Shown in pieces: positions 1-9,868 of a stretch of DNA of 64,000 nucleotides. Both the position numbers and the translations under genes were made by a program. The notes below the pieces were generated by a model. The model had not been told where the DNA came from and did no database searches. It saw only the letters and a program-made list of their open reading frames with translations. Position 1 is the first letter of the stretch. Every line of letters starts with the position of its first letter. Source of the stretch: Oceanospirillaceae bacterium (GTDB lineage Bacteria; Pseudomonadota; Gammaproteobacteria; Pseudomonadales; Oceanobacteraceae); contig PBNY01000069.1 in assembly GCA_002723385.1 (NCBI GenBank), positions 24,331 through 88,330 on the forward strand, read 5' to 3'.

Positions 1-110
1 TTCACTTCAAGGTGCATCGCTTCGTTGAAGCTGTTCAGGGCTTTTGGACGGTTCAGGCTGAGGATGGCAACGCCATCTTCAACGGAATACAGAATATGCT
101 CGAAGTTCAT
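1..110 (-). CDS. paaG: Enoyl-CoA hydratase/isomerase, PaaG-like; 5' end only, gene runs off the left edge
   Basis: There is a minus-strand ATG at 108-110. My hand translation MNFEHILYSVEDGVAILSLNRPKALNSFNEAMHLEV carries the crotonase N-terminal LNRP..LN.F signature and parallels the E. coli PaaG N-terminus as I remember it. It lies 39 nt downstream of paaF, matching the paaF-paaG order. It is too short to appear in the ORF track. Confidence 0.65.
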   Translation of the reverse strand, partial: MNFEHILYSVEDGVAILSLNRPKALNSFNEAMHLEV

Positions 111-149
111 GGGCATATTGCTCCTCGATAACGGAATGGGCTGCCAGCA

Positions 150-935
150 CTACTGGCCGTTAAATTCGGGTTTGCGCTTTTCCTGGAAAGCCGCAATGCC
201 TTCGTTGCGGTCGGCGGTACCGGCCAGCACGGTAAAGGCATGACGTTCAAAGCGAAGGCCGGAGGCCAGATCGGTATCCATACCTTTCAGTACGGATTCT
301 TTGGCCAGACGGACGGCCAGAGGGGCTTTGCGAGCAATGCTGGCGGCAACGGCCAGAGCACGCTCAACGGTGAATTCAGGTTGGGTAATTTCACTCACCA
401 GACCCGACTGCTGGGCCTGACGGGCGCTAATAGCATCGCCGGTCAGTACCATCTGCATCGCCATGGACTTGCCCACGGCACGCAACAGACGCTGGGTGCC
501 ACCGGCACCGGGCATGATGCCCAGGTTGATTTCAGGCTGGCCAAAACGAGCGTCTTCACCGGCAATAATAATGTCGGCGTGCATCGCCAGCTCACAGCCA
601 CCGCCGAGGCAGAAACCGTTAACAGCGGCAATCACTGGCTTGGGGAAACGGGTAATACGCTGCCAGTGTTGCTGGCGCGGATCGTTCAGGATACCGACCA
701 GATCACGCTCGGCCATTTCCTTGATGTCAGCCCCAGCGGCGAAGGCGCGGCTGCTGCCAGTCAACACCACGGCACGAACATCATCAGAGGCTTCAGCGGC
801 ATCCAATACCGCAGAGAGTTCACCCAGCAACTGGGTATTGAGCGCATTCAGCGCTTCCGGACGATTAAGCGTAACAAGCTGAACGCCATTGCTGGGCGCG
901 CCAACAATCAGCGTTTGCATGGAAGTATCAGACAT
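150..935 (-). CDS. paaF: 2,3-dehydroadipyl-CoA hydratase / enoyl-CoA hydratase (crotonase fold)
   Basis: 261-aa ORF with crotonase motifs LNRPEALNAL, VLTGSSRAFAAGADIKEM and NGFCLGGGCELAMHADIIIAGEDARFGQPEINLGIMPGAGGTQRL. The paa gene context supports the call. Confidence 0.85.
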   Translation of the reverse strand: MSDTSMQTLIVGAPSNGVQLVTLNRPEALNALNTQLLGELSAVLDAAEASDDVRAVVLTGSSRAFAAGADIKEMAERDLVGILNDPRQQHWQRITRFPKPVIAAVNGFCLGGGCELAMHADIIIAGEDARFGQPEINLGIMPGAGGTQRLLRAVGKSMAMQMVLTGDAISARQAQQSGLVSEITQPEFTVERALAVAASIARKAPLAVRLAKESVLKGMDTDLASGLRFERHAFTVLAGTADRNEGIAAFQEKRKPEFNGQ

Positions 936-1126
936 GGTTGCACCCTGCTTCTCAGTTCATTATCAATGCTGACATACAGCTGAACAAACGCCCTCTTGGC
1001 GGGGCTATTGTGCATTCTGACGTTCGTTATCGGCCATCTGGCGGATGAATCGAATACCGCAGAACTGCGTACGAAGCTGTGATGCACATTGTTTTTTCTC
1101 AAGAGCGCCTAGATTAACGCCAAAAA

Positions 1127-1165
1127 GAGACACAAAACAACCTTGAAAAACTCAAAAAATGTATC
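1127..1165. promoter_or_regulatory. Imperfect PaaX-type operator candidate (GAGACA-N27-TGTATC) in the paaF/paaN divergent region
   Basis: GAGACA at 1127-1132 and TGTATC at 1160-1165 are separated by 27 nt. That is one mismatch and one extra spacer nucleotide relative to the better site at 1355-1392. Confidence 0.3.
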
Positions 1166-1354
1166 AAGTCGAGTCTGATCGATCACATTTCGTCCAGCAT
1201 CACTGCCCTCATAACCTTGACCCATACCCTGTTTCTGTTTGTTTTTCCTTGATTTTTTCGGTTACAAGCACACTTTTCCAACCTTACAGCCAAGGCATTA
1301 CGCACTATATTCCTGAACAGGAATTTTATTTTCAGCACCCCCTCTTTATGATTT

Positions 1355-1392
1355 GATACAGAAACAAAAACAAAATCTTAAAAAAGTGTATC
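1355..1392. promoter_or_regulatory. PaaX-type operator candidate, GATACA-N26-TGTATC
   Basis: A perfect 6-bp inverted repeat (GATACA 1355-1360, TGTATC 1387-1392) is separated by exactly 26 A/T-rich nt and ends 19 nt before the paaN ATG. As I recall the literature, this half-site and spacing architecture matches that reported for Pseudomonas PaaX operators; E. coli uses TGATTC-N27-GAATCA. paaX is encoded 2.5 kb downstream. Confidence 0.5.
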
Positions 1393-1410
1393 TTTGCAGA
1401 GGTCGCGAGA

Positions 1411-3096
1411 ATGAGTACAAATACGGATGCAGCCACGTTTTTCGAGCAGCACGAAGAACGTCTGAACCAGGCCCTGGAGGTGTTGGCCACACGCGGTTAC
1501 TGGGCACCTTACCCGGAACACACCAAAAGCTACCCGGAAGAGCAGATTCAGGGCGCTCAGGCCGCCTTTGAAGCACGTCTGAACCGCCATTATCCCCTCA
1601 AGGGTGTGACGGTTGTGGGTCAGGCGGGCAACGAACGCTCACCGTATGGCTTCGATCTCGGCATTACCTACGATCAGTACGACACCAACGAGCTGATGGA
1701 TCATCAACAAGCGGCTATGAAAAGCTGGCGCAACGCAGGCGTGAAAACCCGTGTTGGCATCTGTCTCGAAGCCATCCAGCGTCTCAATGCCATCAGCGGC
1801 GAAATGGCCCAGGCGGTTCAGCACACCAGTGGCCAGTCCAACATGATGGCGTTTCAGGCCGGTGGCCCACACGCTCAGGATCGCGCGGTTGAAGCCGTCG
1901 CAACGGCCTGGAAAGCCATGCGCGACGTGCCGGAAAGCGGTGAGTGGCACAAGCCGATGGGCCGTCGAGGCACCCAGTCGCTGTCCAAGCGCTGGCACAT
2001 TGTGCCGCGTGGCCTGTCTCTGGCCGTAGCCTGCTGCACCTTCCCGACCTGGAACACCTATCCGGGCCTGTTTGCCAGTCTGGTGACCGGCAACCCGGTG
2101 TTGGTCAAGCCGCATCCGGGTTCCATTCTGCCGCTGGCGATGTCCGTCGAAATCATTCAACAGGTACTCGAAGAAGCTGGTTTTGATCCACTGCTGGTTG
2201 CACTGGTGGTGGATACGCCGGAACAGCCACTGGCCAAGGTGCTGGCCGAAGACAAGCGCGTGCAACTGATCGACTTCACCGGTTCGAGCGAATTTGGCAA
2301 CTGGCTGGAACAAAACGCCACTCACGCCCAGGTCTTCACCGAGAAAGCCGGTCTGAACACCGTGATCATTGACAGCGTTGATGACATCAAGGCCGTCACT
2401 GGCAACCTCGGCTTCTCGCTGTCGTTGTACTCTGGCCAGATGTGTACCTCTCCCCAGGCGATTTATGTGCCGCGTACCGGCATCCAGGCCGGTGATGCGC
2501 ATATGAGCTTTGACGACGTTGCCAACGCCATTAAAGGTGCGGTTCAGCACTGGATGGCCGACAAGGACGTGGCCTGTGCGTTCCTGGGTGCGATCCAGTC
2601 CCAGCGCACCAATGCCCGTATTGATGCCTGCCGTGAGCAGGTTGAAGGACGCGGCACCGTGTTGCTCGACAGTGAACACCTGACTCACCCGGAATTCCCC
2701 GATGCGCTGGTGCGCACGCCTCTGCTGCTGAGTGTGGATGGCAAGGACGTCGATTTGTACGGCGACGAGCAGTTCGGCCCGATTGCCTACGTGATTGCCA
2801 CCGACAGCACCGAGCATTCGATGGCACTGGCGCGTCAGACCATCGGTGAAAAAGGTGCCATTGCGCTGGCACTGTATTCGACCGACGATGAGGTACTGGA
2901 TCAGGGCGAGGAACTGGCACAGGATGTGTGCGTTTCGCTGTCGGTGAATCTGGCCGGTGGCTTCTATATGAATCAGTCAGCGACCTTCAGTGATTTCCAC
3001 GCTACCGGCGGTAACGCGGCGGCCAACACCTCCTTTACCGACAGTGCGTTTGTATCGCGTCGTTTTGTGGTAGTGCAAAGCCGTCGTCCGATGTAA
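1411..3096 (+). CDS. paaN: Phenylacetate-pathway ring-opening aldehyde dehydrogenase family protein (PaaN-like)
   Basis: 561-aa ORF with ALDH-fold motifs [14 protein letters not shown] and catalytic-Cys context [14 protein letters not shown]. It lies immediately upstream of paaY-paaX and divergent from paaFG. Confidence 0.8.
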   Translation: MSTNTDAATFFEQHEERLNQALEVLATRGYWAPYPEHTKSYPEEQIQGAQAAFEARLNRHYPLKGVTVVGQAGNERSPYGFDLGITYDQYDTNELMDHQQAAMKSWRNAGVKTRVGICLEAIQRLNAISGEMAQAVQHTSGQSNMMAFQAGGPHAQDRAVEAVATAWKAMRDVPESGEWHKPMGRRGTQSLSKRWHIVPRGLSLAVACCTFPTWNTYPGLFASLVTGNPVLVKPHPGSILPLAMSVEIIQQVLEEAGFDPLLVALVVDTPEQPLAKVLAEDKRVQLIDFTGSSEFGNWLEQNATHAQVFTEKAGLNTVIIDSVDDIKAVTGNLGFSLSLYSGQMCTSPQAIYVPRTGIQAGDAHMSFDDVANAIKGAVQHWMADKDVACAFLGAIQSQRTNARIDACREQVEGRGTVLLDSEHLTHPEFPDALVRTPLLLSVDGKDVDLYGDEQFGPIAYVIATDSTEHSMALARQTIGEKGAIALALYSTDDEVLDQGEELAQDVCVSLSVNLAGGFYMNQSATFSDFHATGGNAAANTSFTDSAFVSRRFVVVQSRRPM

Positions 3097-3188
3097 TCGG
3101 AACCCGAACCTTGAAAAACGAGCTTCTGCTGTCAATCCATGCCAGAGGCTCGACGCAACCGGATTATCTAACGAGGAATAACAACACC

Positions 3189-3779
3189 ATGCCTTGCTAC
3201 CGCATTGATAACATCACACCCGTGGTTCACCCGACGGCGTACGTTCACCCAACCGCCGTCCTGATTGGCGACGTCATCGTTGGCCCTGGCTGCTACGTCG
3301 GCCCGCTGGCCAGCATTCGTGGCGACTTTGGCCGCATCACATTGGAAGAAGGTGCCAACCTGCAGGACACCTGTGTGATCCACGGTTTCCCGCAAAGCCA
3401 CACCATCGTCAAGCGTCATGGTCACATTGGTCACGGTGCCGTGTTGCATGGCTGTGTCATTGGTGAAGACGCTCTGGTTGGCATGAACGCTGTGGTGATG
3501 GACGGCGCTGTCATTGGTGCTCGTTCGATCATTTCGGCCTCATCGTTCGTCAAAGCCAAATTCGAGTGCCCGGAGCAGTCCCTGGTGATGGGCACTCCCG
3601 CTGAGGTCAAACGCGAGTTGAGTGACAAGGAAGTGGCCTGGAAACAAGGTGGCACTCGCGAGTATCAGGAATTGACCCGCCGCTGCATGGCATCGATGGT
3701 TGAATGTTCACCATTGACGGAAATGGAAGCCAATCGCGCCAGTTTTGCGGACTCAGGTCATCGCCCGAAGCAGTCATAA
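3189..3779 (+). CDS. paaY: Hexapeptide-repeat (gamma-carbonic-anhydrase-like) thioesterase PaaY
   Basis: Taking the ATG at 3189 gives 196 aa. The sequence [50 protein letters not shown] shows left-handed beta-helix hexapeptide periodicity. The ORF-track start at 3111 is a TTG with a non-homologous leader. Confidence 0.8.
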   Translation: MPCYRIDNITPVVHPTAYVHPTAVLIGDVIVGPGCYVGPLASIRGDFGRITLEEGANLQDTCVIHGFPQSHTIVKRHGHIGHGAVLHGCVIGEDALVGMNAVVMDGAVIGARSIISASSFVKAKFECPEQSLVMGTPAEVKRELSDKEVAWKQGGTREYQELTRRCMASMVECSPLTEMEANRASFADSGHRPKQS

Positions 3780-3894
3780 CGTGCAGATTTTGCGCAGCAC
3801 TGGTAGGCTTTCCGCCTTTACCTTTGCTGCCGGGTTCGTTTTGACTGTATTCTGAACGAATGTACAGCGTAATCTTGCGATCCACCGACTGCCC

Positions 3895-4818
3895 ATGAGC
3901 TCACTTGAATCCCTCGATAATCTGATTGATCGTTTCCAGTCCCAGAAACCCATCCGCGCCAGTTCTCTGGTCATCACCGTGTACGGTGATGCGGTCGAAC
4001 CTCATGGCGGCACCGTGTGGCTGGGGAGTCTGATTCGGCTGCTGGAGCCGATGGGCATCAGCGAGCGTCTGATGCGTACCACCATTTTCCGCCTGACCCA
4101 GGATGGCTGGTTGATGAGTGAAAAAGTCGGTCGCCGCAGTTATTACAGCCTCACTGGACCTGGCCGTCGCAAGTTCGAGCAAGCTTTCAAGCGTGTTTAC
4201 AGCACCAATATGACAGCCTGGAACGGCAACTGGTGTCTGGTGTTGTTGTCGCAGCTCAGCGCCGAGAAACGCAAGGTCGTGCGCGATGAACTGGCCTGGC
4301 AAGGTTTTGGTCCGTTGTCGAATATTCTGTTGGGCAGTCCGCGGTGTCAGTACGCCGATGCCGTGGCCACCCTGGCCGGGCTGGGAGTGATTGACGATGT
4401 GATCGTGTTCCAGACTGTGCCGCAGGAAGAGTTGTCTTCCCGTCCGATTCGCCTGCAAGTGCGTGAAAGCTGGGGTATTGAAGAACTGGGCCAACACTAC
4501 GAAGACTTTATTCAGCTATTCCGGCCGGTGTGGCAGGAATTCCGCGAGGTTGGCTGGCTCGATCCTCAATCCTGCTTCCTGGCCCGAACCCTGCTGATTC
4601 ACGAATACCGCAAATTGATCCTGCGAGATCCTCTGTTACCTGACGAACTGCTGCCGGGAGACTGGGACGGACGTGCCGCGCGCCAGTTGTGCCGTAACGT
4701 CTACCGGCTGTTGACGCCCAAAGCCGAAGAGTGGCTGGCAGACGTTCTGGAGACGGCTGATGGCCCGCTGCCGGAAGCGTCCGATGCCTTTTTCCAGCGT
4801 TTTGGCGGCCTGCGCTAA
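3895..4818 (+). CDS. paaX: Phenylacetyl-CoA-responsive transcriptional repressor PaaX
   Basis: 307 aa. The N-terminal winged-helix region (SLVITVYGDAVEPHGGTVWLGSLIRLLEPMGISERLMRTTIFRLTQDGWL) is typical of the PaaX family. It follows paaY. Confidence 0.85.
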   Translation: MSSLESLDNLIDRFQSQKPIRASSLVITVYGDAVEPHGGTVWLGSLIRLLEPMGISERLMRTTIFRLTQDGWLMSEKVGRRSYYSLTGPGRRKFEQAFKRVYSTNMTAWNGNWCLVLLSQLSAEKRKVVRDELAWQGFGPLSNILLGSPRCQYADAVATLAGLGVIDDVIVFQTVPQEELSSRPIRLQVRESWGIEELGQHYEDFIQLFRPVWQEFREVGWLDPQSCFLARTLLIHEYRKLILRDPLLPDELLPGDWDGRAARQLCRNVYRLLTPKAEEWLADVLETADGPLPEASDAFFQRFGGLR

Positions 4819-7800
4819 CGCAATAACCTGTCCAGACTGTTTACCAGCTCGATGTGCGACTCATTGAGTTGCTCGCGCAGTTCCGGCTGTGGTTCTGACG
4901 ACTTGAGGATTTCCTGAGTCAGGAAGTGGATCTGATCGTGCACTTCCCGCAGGTGCATCTGCTGGTCATCCGGAATCCAATCGGTTTTATCGGCATCATT
5001 AAGCCATTCACCAAAGCGACATTGATGCGGGTTTAGCGGTGGTAATTCCGATGCCTGGTTACCCAGGAATTCATTGATGTTGCTGACCCAGATGTTGTGT
5101 TCCAGCAATGAATAGAGAACGGAGCGCCGCAGCGCATCAACCCGTTTGGCCTGAGTCCACGCCGGGGTTGGTGCATAGCTGTCTGCCCACTCTGTTACTT
5201 TCGATGCCGGTAGTGGCCGTGAAATGCAATAACCCTGGGCAAAATCGCAGCCGAGCATGATCAGCGTGGTGCCATGCTCAACTTCTTCAACGCCTTCAGC
5301 GACCACCTTGCAGCGGAAGGCTTCCGCCAATGCGATGGTCGCTTCGACGATGGATAAACTCCCGGATGTACTGAGCATATCCTGCACGAAAGACTTGTCG
5401 ATCTTGAGCGTGTTGACCGGCAGTTCTTTCAGGTAGGCGAGGGTGGAGTAGGCGGTGCCGAAGTCATCCAGTGCGATGCGAAAGCCCTGCGCCTGAAGCT
5501 CCTTGATGATGTCCTTGGCGTAGGAGATATTCTCCAGCGCTTCGGACTCCAGAATCTCCAGCTCGATATCCCTGGCCTGAACCTCGGGGTGAGCCTCCAG
5601 CAGGCCACTGAGAAATTCCGTAAATTGATGGCTGTGCAGCTCGTTGTTGCAGATATTCACGGACACCTGCCATGGGTAGCCCTGGCGTTTCCAGTCGGCC
5701 AGCTGCTGAAAGGCCTGCCGGAAAACCCAGCGGCCAATCCGGGTCATGACCTCGTTGTCCTGACGGGCGGTGGGTAAAAACGTGTCTGGCCCGCGCAGTC
5801 CCATCTCCGGGTCGTTCCAGCGAATCAGTGCTTCAAAGCCGATCAGCGTCCCGGTGCGCATGTCGATTTTGGGTTGGTAATAGAGGGTGAGTTCGTCGTT
5901 GGTAATGGCCATCTCAATGCGACGAATCTCGCGCTGATGCTGTTCCATTTGCTGATTGCTGGCCAGATCAAAGAAGGCGTACTGATCCTTGCCCTTTTGC
6001 TTGGAGCGATACATGGCCTGGTCGGCCTGACGCAGCAGTGCTTCACTGCCCACATCGGTTTCCTGAGGATAAAACGAAATACCAATACTGGCGGAGATGT
6101 GCACTTCTTCCCCGACATTCAGCAAGGTATCCGGGATCGGCTGTTTGATCACTGACAGCAAACGATTCACGATGCCGAGGATTTCCTGCTTGTCCTCCAG
6201 GTCAGACATGATCACGGCGAACTCGTCGCCCCCCAGTCGTGCCAGGGTGTCGACCTTTCGCACTACCTGATTCATGCGTTCAGCAATTTCCTTCAGCACC
6301 AGATCGCCGACATCGTGACCAAAGCGGTCATTGATGCCCTTGAATCCATCCAGATCGATGAACAAAACTGCCACCATTCGTTCCTGACGATCGCTGCGAT
6401 ACAGGGCATTTTGCAGCAGTTCGTTGAGCAAAAAACGGTTAGCCAAACCGGTCAGCGGGTCGTGCTTGGAGGCATGATCCAGCTCTTTCTGGTGGTTCAT
6501 CTCTCGGGTGACGTCGGTGTTGAAACCGACAAATCGCAGCGGGGTGCCATCGTCCGCGAAGGTGGCCTTGCCTCGCCCTGTGACCCAGCGCCAGCTGCCA
6601 TCTTTGGTGCGCATTCGGAAGGTATTTTCGTACGGTGCCTTGTCCGGGTTTTGCAGGTATTCCTGTACTTTGGTGTACGCCTTGTCCTTGTCATCGGGGT
6701 GGATCAAGGCGGCCCAGGCTTCTGCCGTATCGGGCAGTTCGTGGCCGCTGTAACCCAGCATGGTTTCAAACCGATGTGAGTGGTAGGCCTTGTCAGTGGT
6801 GATATCCCAGTCCCACAGGCCGTCCTGAGTGCCAGCAACGGCCAATTCAAAGCGTTCTGTTTCCTGCTTGAGGGCATCTTCCAGTCGGCGTTGCCCGGTG
6901 ATGTCCTGGCCGGAAGAAAGCAAACCGATGATCTCACCTGAATCGTCGCGTACCAGGCTATTGTGCCAGGTGATCAGTTTTTGCTGGTTCCGGGTGGTTT
7001 TGATCTGGTTTTCAGCGTAACGATAGTCTTCGACTTCACCACTCATCAGGTGATCGAACCAGCCGCGCACCATGTCGAGATCGTCGGTGACCAGAAAGTT
7101 TTCAAACCAGTTTTTACCAACGATGTTCGCTTCCGTGTCTTCGAGGATGTCGCAGCCTTCGCGATTGATCAGGGTAATGTATCCGTGAAGGTCCAAAGCA
7201 ATGATCATGGTGCCGGCAATATCCAGATAGTGCTGGGCCAGATTACGTTCCTTGATGATCCGTGCCTGGGCATTTTTCTGGGCGGTGATGTCGCGGGTGG
7301 AGCTGTAGATAAATCGATGGCCACCGGCCACAAACGTGTCAGCCACCACCAATGCGTCATAGGTTGAACCGTCTTTGCGGCGATGGGTGGTCTCGAATTG
7401 AACGCGTTTGTGCACGACTTGTTCGGCGAAGTCAGCGATAAAGCCCTGGGTTGGGTGTGCATCCCAGTCGACGTAGCTCATACCGAGCATGTCTTCCGGT
7501 TTGTAACCCAGCATGGAGGCCTGGGTGTTGTTGACCTCAAGTACCCTGCCATCCGGGCTGTAAATAATGATGCCGTTAAATGAGTTTTTTATCAGATTGC
7601 GATATCGCTCGGTTTCGTATTCGCTGCGATTTTTCAGTTCGATAATCGTATTGCGATCGGCAACTTTATTGTCAATATCATCAATAATGGATATGAAATA
7701 ATTGGGACTGCCATCCTCATTCCAGATCAGGGTAACGGACAGGTTAATCCAGATAATACTGCCGTCTTTGCGGAAGTAGCGTTTCTCCATGCTGTAGTGG

Positions 7801-8051
7801 TCAATCTTGCCATCCAGCATGTCCTGGACGTAGGCGAGATCGGCGTCGAGGTCGTCCGGGTGAGTGATGTCCTGAAACGTCCGGTCAAGCAGCTCTTCGC
7901 GTGAGTAATGCAACATGGAGCAGAGGCGATCATTGATTTCCAGCCAGCTCCCGTCGGGAGCGACACGCGCAATACCGAGGCTGGCGGCTTCAAAGATTTG
8001 TTTGTATTCCCGAGCAACCAGTTGCTGGCTTTTATCGGAAGAGAGAACCAT
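4815..8051 (-). CDS. Multi-PAS diguanylate cyclase/phosphodiesterase (GGDEF-EAL) with a C-terminal CZB-like zinc-binding module
   Basis: 1078 aa with four PAS-like blocks. It has an intact GGDEF (RLGGDEFAV) with an RxxD I-site five residues upstream (RKVDTLARLGGDEF). EAL motifs are present (FEALIRW, DDFGTAYSTLAYLK). The C-terminal ~130 aa contain HQCRFGEWL ... HLREVHDQIH, resembling the CZB His/Cys zinc motif. Its stop overlaps the paaX stop convergently. Confidence 0.9.
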   Translation of the reverse strand: MVLSSDKSQQLVAREYKQIFEAASLGIARVAPDGSWLEINDRLCSMLHYSREELLDRTFQDITHPDDLDADLAYVQDMLDGKIDHYSMEKRYFRKDGSIIWINLSVTLIWNEDGSPNYFISIIDDIDNKVADRNTIIELKNRSEYETERYRNLIKNSFNGIIIYSPDGRVLEVNNTQASMLGYKPEDMLGMSYVDWDAHPTQGFIADFAEQVVHKRVQFETTHRRKDGSTYDALVVADTFVAGGHRFIYSSTRDITAQKNAQARIIKERNLAQHYLDIAGTMIIALDLHGYITLINREGCDILEDTEANIVGKNWFENFLVTDDLDMVRGWFDHLMSGEVEDYRYAENQIKTTRNQQKLITWHNSLVRDDSGEIIGLLSSGQDITGQRRLEDALKQETERFELAVAGTQDGLWDWDITTDKAYHSHRFETMLGYSGHELPDTAEAWAALIHPDDKDKAYTKVQEYLQNPDKAPYENTFRMRTKDGSWRWVTGRGKATFADDGTPLRFVGFNTDVTREMNHQKELDHASKHDPLTGLANRFLLNELLQNALYRSDRQERMVAVLFIDLDGFKGINDRFGHDVGDLVLKEIAERMNQVVRKVDTLARLGGDEFAVIMSDLEDKQEILGIVNRLLSVIKQPIPDTLLNVGEEVHISASIGISFYPQETDVGSEALLRQADQAMYRSKQKGKDQYAFFDLASNQQMEQHQREIRRIEMAITNDELTLYYQPKIDMRTGTLIGFEALIRWNDPEMGLRGPDTFLPTARQDNEVMTRIGRWVFRQAFQQLADWKRQGYPWQVSVNICNNELHSHQFTEFLSGLLEAHPEVQARDIELEILESEALENISYAKDIIKELQAQGFRIALDDFGTAYSTLAYLKELPVNTLKIDKSFVQDMLSTSGSLSIVEATIALAEAFRCKVVAEGVEEVEHGTTLIMLGCDFAQGYCISRPLPASKVTEWADSYAPTPAWTQAKRVDALRRSVLYSLLEHNIWVSNINEFLGNQASELPPLNPHQCRFGEWLNDADKTDWIPDDQQMHLREVHDQIHFLTQEILKSSEPQPELREQLNESHIELVNSLDRLLR

Positions 8052-8279
8052 GAGATACCCGAATATTCGTGGTGAACGGTCTGAATGACTTCAGATTTTC
8101 ACCCTATTCTAGTCGTAATCCTGGCAGGTAGTAGATCATTTCCGGTCGAGTTGTAAAAAGCCGATGTTTTTCATTTGGCGAAATGAGCCGTATCAATTAT
8201 CCAGACTCCAATTGAAGTCCGGATAACGGGTTATCGATTATCGTGGTTTCCGGGAAAGACTGAGCAAACAGGACAATTT

Positions 8280-9767
8280 TCAGCGGTTAGCACTGATAAA
8301 CGTCGTCTCTTTCTGAACTTGATGGTCCCGGGTTGAAAAGTCGAACGCGATGTCAGAGCGATAGGGTAAGTCTTCAGGAGAACAGACCTTATAGCGCAGC
8401 CACTGATTACTCAGATCCTGGCTGTTGATGGCTGTTATGCCACTGAGTTGCCAGTTGCTGCCAGCATTGCTTTTAACCGCAATCCGAATAGGGTCCAGAG
8501 CATTCTGGCCACCATCGAAGCGTTCCACCTTGACGCGATAATGATTGCAGATGGCATCGTCTTGCCAGGTATAGAGCTGATCACGGTCGCGGCGTACCTC
8601 AACCAGTAAACGGGTGGTGTTCTGGAATCCAATCACTACAGCCAGAATAGCGCCGATACAAACGGCTCCGTAACCAATCAGGCGTGGACGCAGCAAAGGG
8701 GATTGGTAGTCTTTGCCGTTCTTCAACTCGGCTTCGGTGGCAAAGCGAATCAGGCCCAGTGGCCGTTTGATTTTAGCCATTACCCGATCACAGGCATCGA
8801 TGCAGGCTCCGCAGTCAATACAGGGAGCTTGCAGGCCGTCCCGAATGTCAATCCCGACCGGGCAGACGTGAACACACAGACCACAGTCAACGCAATCGCC
8901 ACCAGGATCATGATCACCGGCTTCATTGACAGACGTGGCGGTGGTGTCCGAGCGCGAGCGGCGTTGACGTGGTTCACCGCGCTGCTCGTCGTACGCAACC
9001 GTACGGGTGTGGGAATCGAACATCACACTCTGGAAACGCGAATACGGGCAGGCGTGGAGGCAGATTTTTTCGCGCACAAATCCGGCGTTTACGTAGGTTA
9101 GCAGGGTCATGACCGTCAGCCAGATCATGCTGCCGGTTCCCAGCTCAAGGGCGCCGAGCTGACCGGCCAGCTCGCGAGCCGGAACAAAGTAGCCAGTAAA
9201 GGTAAAGGCGGTCGCCAGCGCCAGCAGTATCCACAGCAGATGCTTGAGGAGGTTGCGCACCTGATGCTCTGCCGGTTGTTCCCGTTCGCGACGTTTGCGG
9301 GTGCCCGGCTGACCCAGAGTCAGGGTTTCGATACGCAGGAACATCCAGGTCCAGACGCTTTGCGGACAGGCAAATCCACACCAGACTCGCCCCCAGGCGA
9401 CCGCAGCGAAGAACAGCAGCATGGCCGCGGTAATCAGCATGCCTGCCAGCAGTGGCAAGTCATGCCACGACAGGCTGTGACCCCAGATGAGGATTCTCTG
9501 GGTATCGTAAGAAAACAGCACGGCGGGTTGCCCATCCACCTCCAGCCAGACGGTCAGGAAAAACACCGCCATGAGTGGTGCCGAAATCCAGCGTCGAATG
9601 GACTGAAAGCGTCCTTCAATCAGCCGCACAAAAAATGGCAGGCCAGAGTAGAGTGGTGCGGGATTGGCGTTGTTTTTCCGGTTTGGGGTGACGCCGTCGA
9701 CCTGGTAGGGGCTAACACGGGCAGGTGTTTCAGGTTCTTGAATCTGAACGACAGGGATCGGTTCCAT
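8280..9767 (-). CDS. ccoG: Cytochrome c oxidase accessory protein CcoG/FixG (membrane polyferredoxin)
   Basis: 495 aa with several TM segments plus Cys clusters: CPQSVWT, CPYSRFQ, CVDCGLCVHVCPVGIDIRDG and CIDCGACIDACD. Confidence 0.8.
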   Translation of the reverse strand: MEPIPVVQIQEPETPARVSPYQVDGVTPNRKNNANPAPLYSGLPFFVRLIEGRFQSIRRWISAPLMAVFFLTVWLEVDGQPAVLFSYDTQRILIWGHSLSWHDLPLLAGMLITAAMLLFFAAVAWGRVWCGFACPQSVWTWMFLRIETLTLGQPGTRKRREREQPAEHQVRNLLKHLLWILLALATAFTFTGYFVPARELAGQLGALELGTGSMIWLTVMTLLTYVNAGFVREKICLHACPYSRFQSVMFDSHTRTVAYDEQRGEPRQRRSRSDTTATSVNEAGDHDPGGDCVDCGLCVHVCPVGIDIRDGLQAPCIDCGACIDACDRVMAKIKRPLGLIRFATEAELKNGKDYQSPLLRPRLIGYGAVCIGAILAVVIGFQNTTRLLVEVRRDRDQLYTWQDDAICNHYRVKVERFDGGQNALDPIRIAVKSNAGSNWQLSGITAINSQDLSNQWLRYKVCSPEDLPYRSDIAFDFSTRDHQVQKETTFISANR

Positions 9768-9868
9768 TACAAAACCTCACGTAGTTATAAAATCACGGTA
9801 TGTCACGGACTCTAGCAAGCACTTCTGTCATTATTCAGATATAGATTTTGAAAAGTTGATAGGTACAG

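Noticed and set aside
240-983. 247-aa plus-strand ORF overlapping paaF
   Set aside because: It is antisense to a well-supported crotonase gene. The translation is Gly/Arg/Gln-rich with no recognisable motif, so it is a shadow ORF typical of GC-rich coding DNA.
1639-2817. 392-aa minus-strand ORF inside paaN, together with similar long antisense ORFs at 3901-4497, 12145-12813, 19833-20633, 36294-37235, 53148-53891, 54142-54765, 57801-58487, 62163-63122 and 63165-63773
   Set aside because: Each lies entirely within, and antisense to, a gene with clear family motifs. Their translations are low-complexity (Arg/His/Gly/Val-rich) with no motif support.
8222-8235. Perfect 14-nt palindrome GATAACGGGTTATC between ccoG and the GGDEF-EAL gene
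   Set aside because: It is real in the sequence. However, the 2-nt centre is too tight for a hairpin terminator, and I cannot tie it to any known operator consensus. A single occurrence is not interpretable without binding data.
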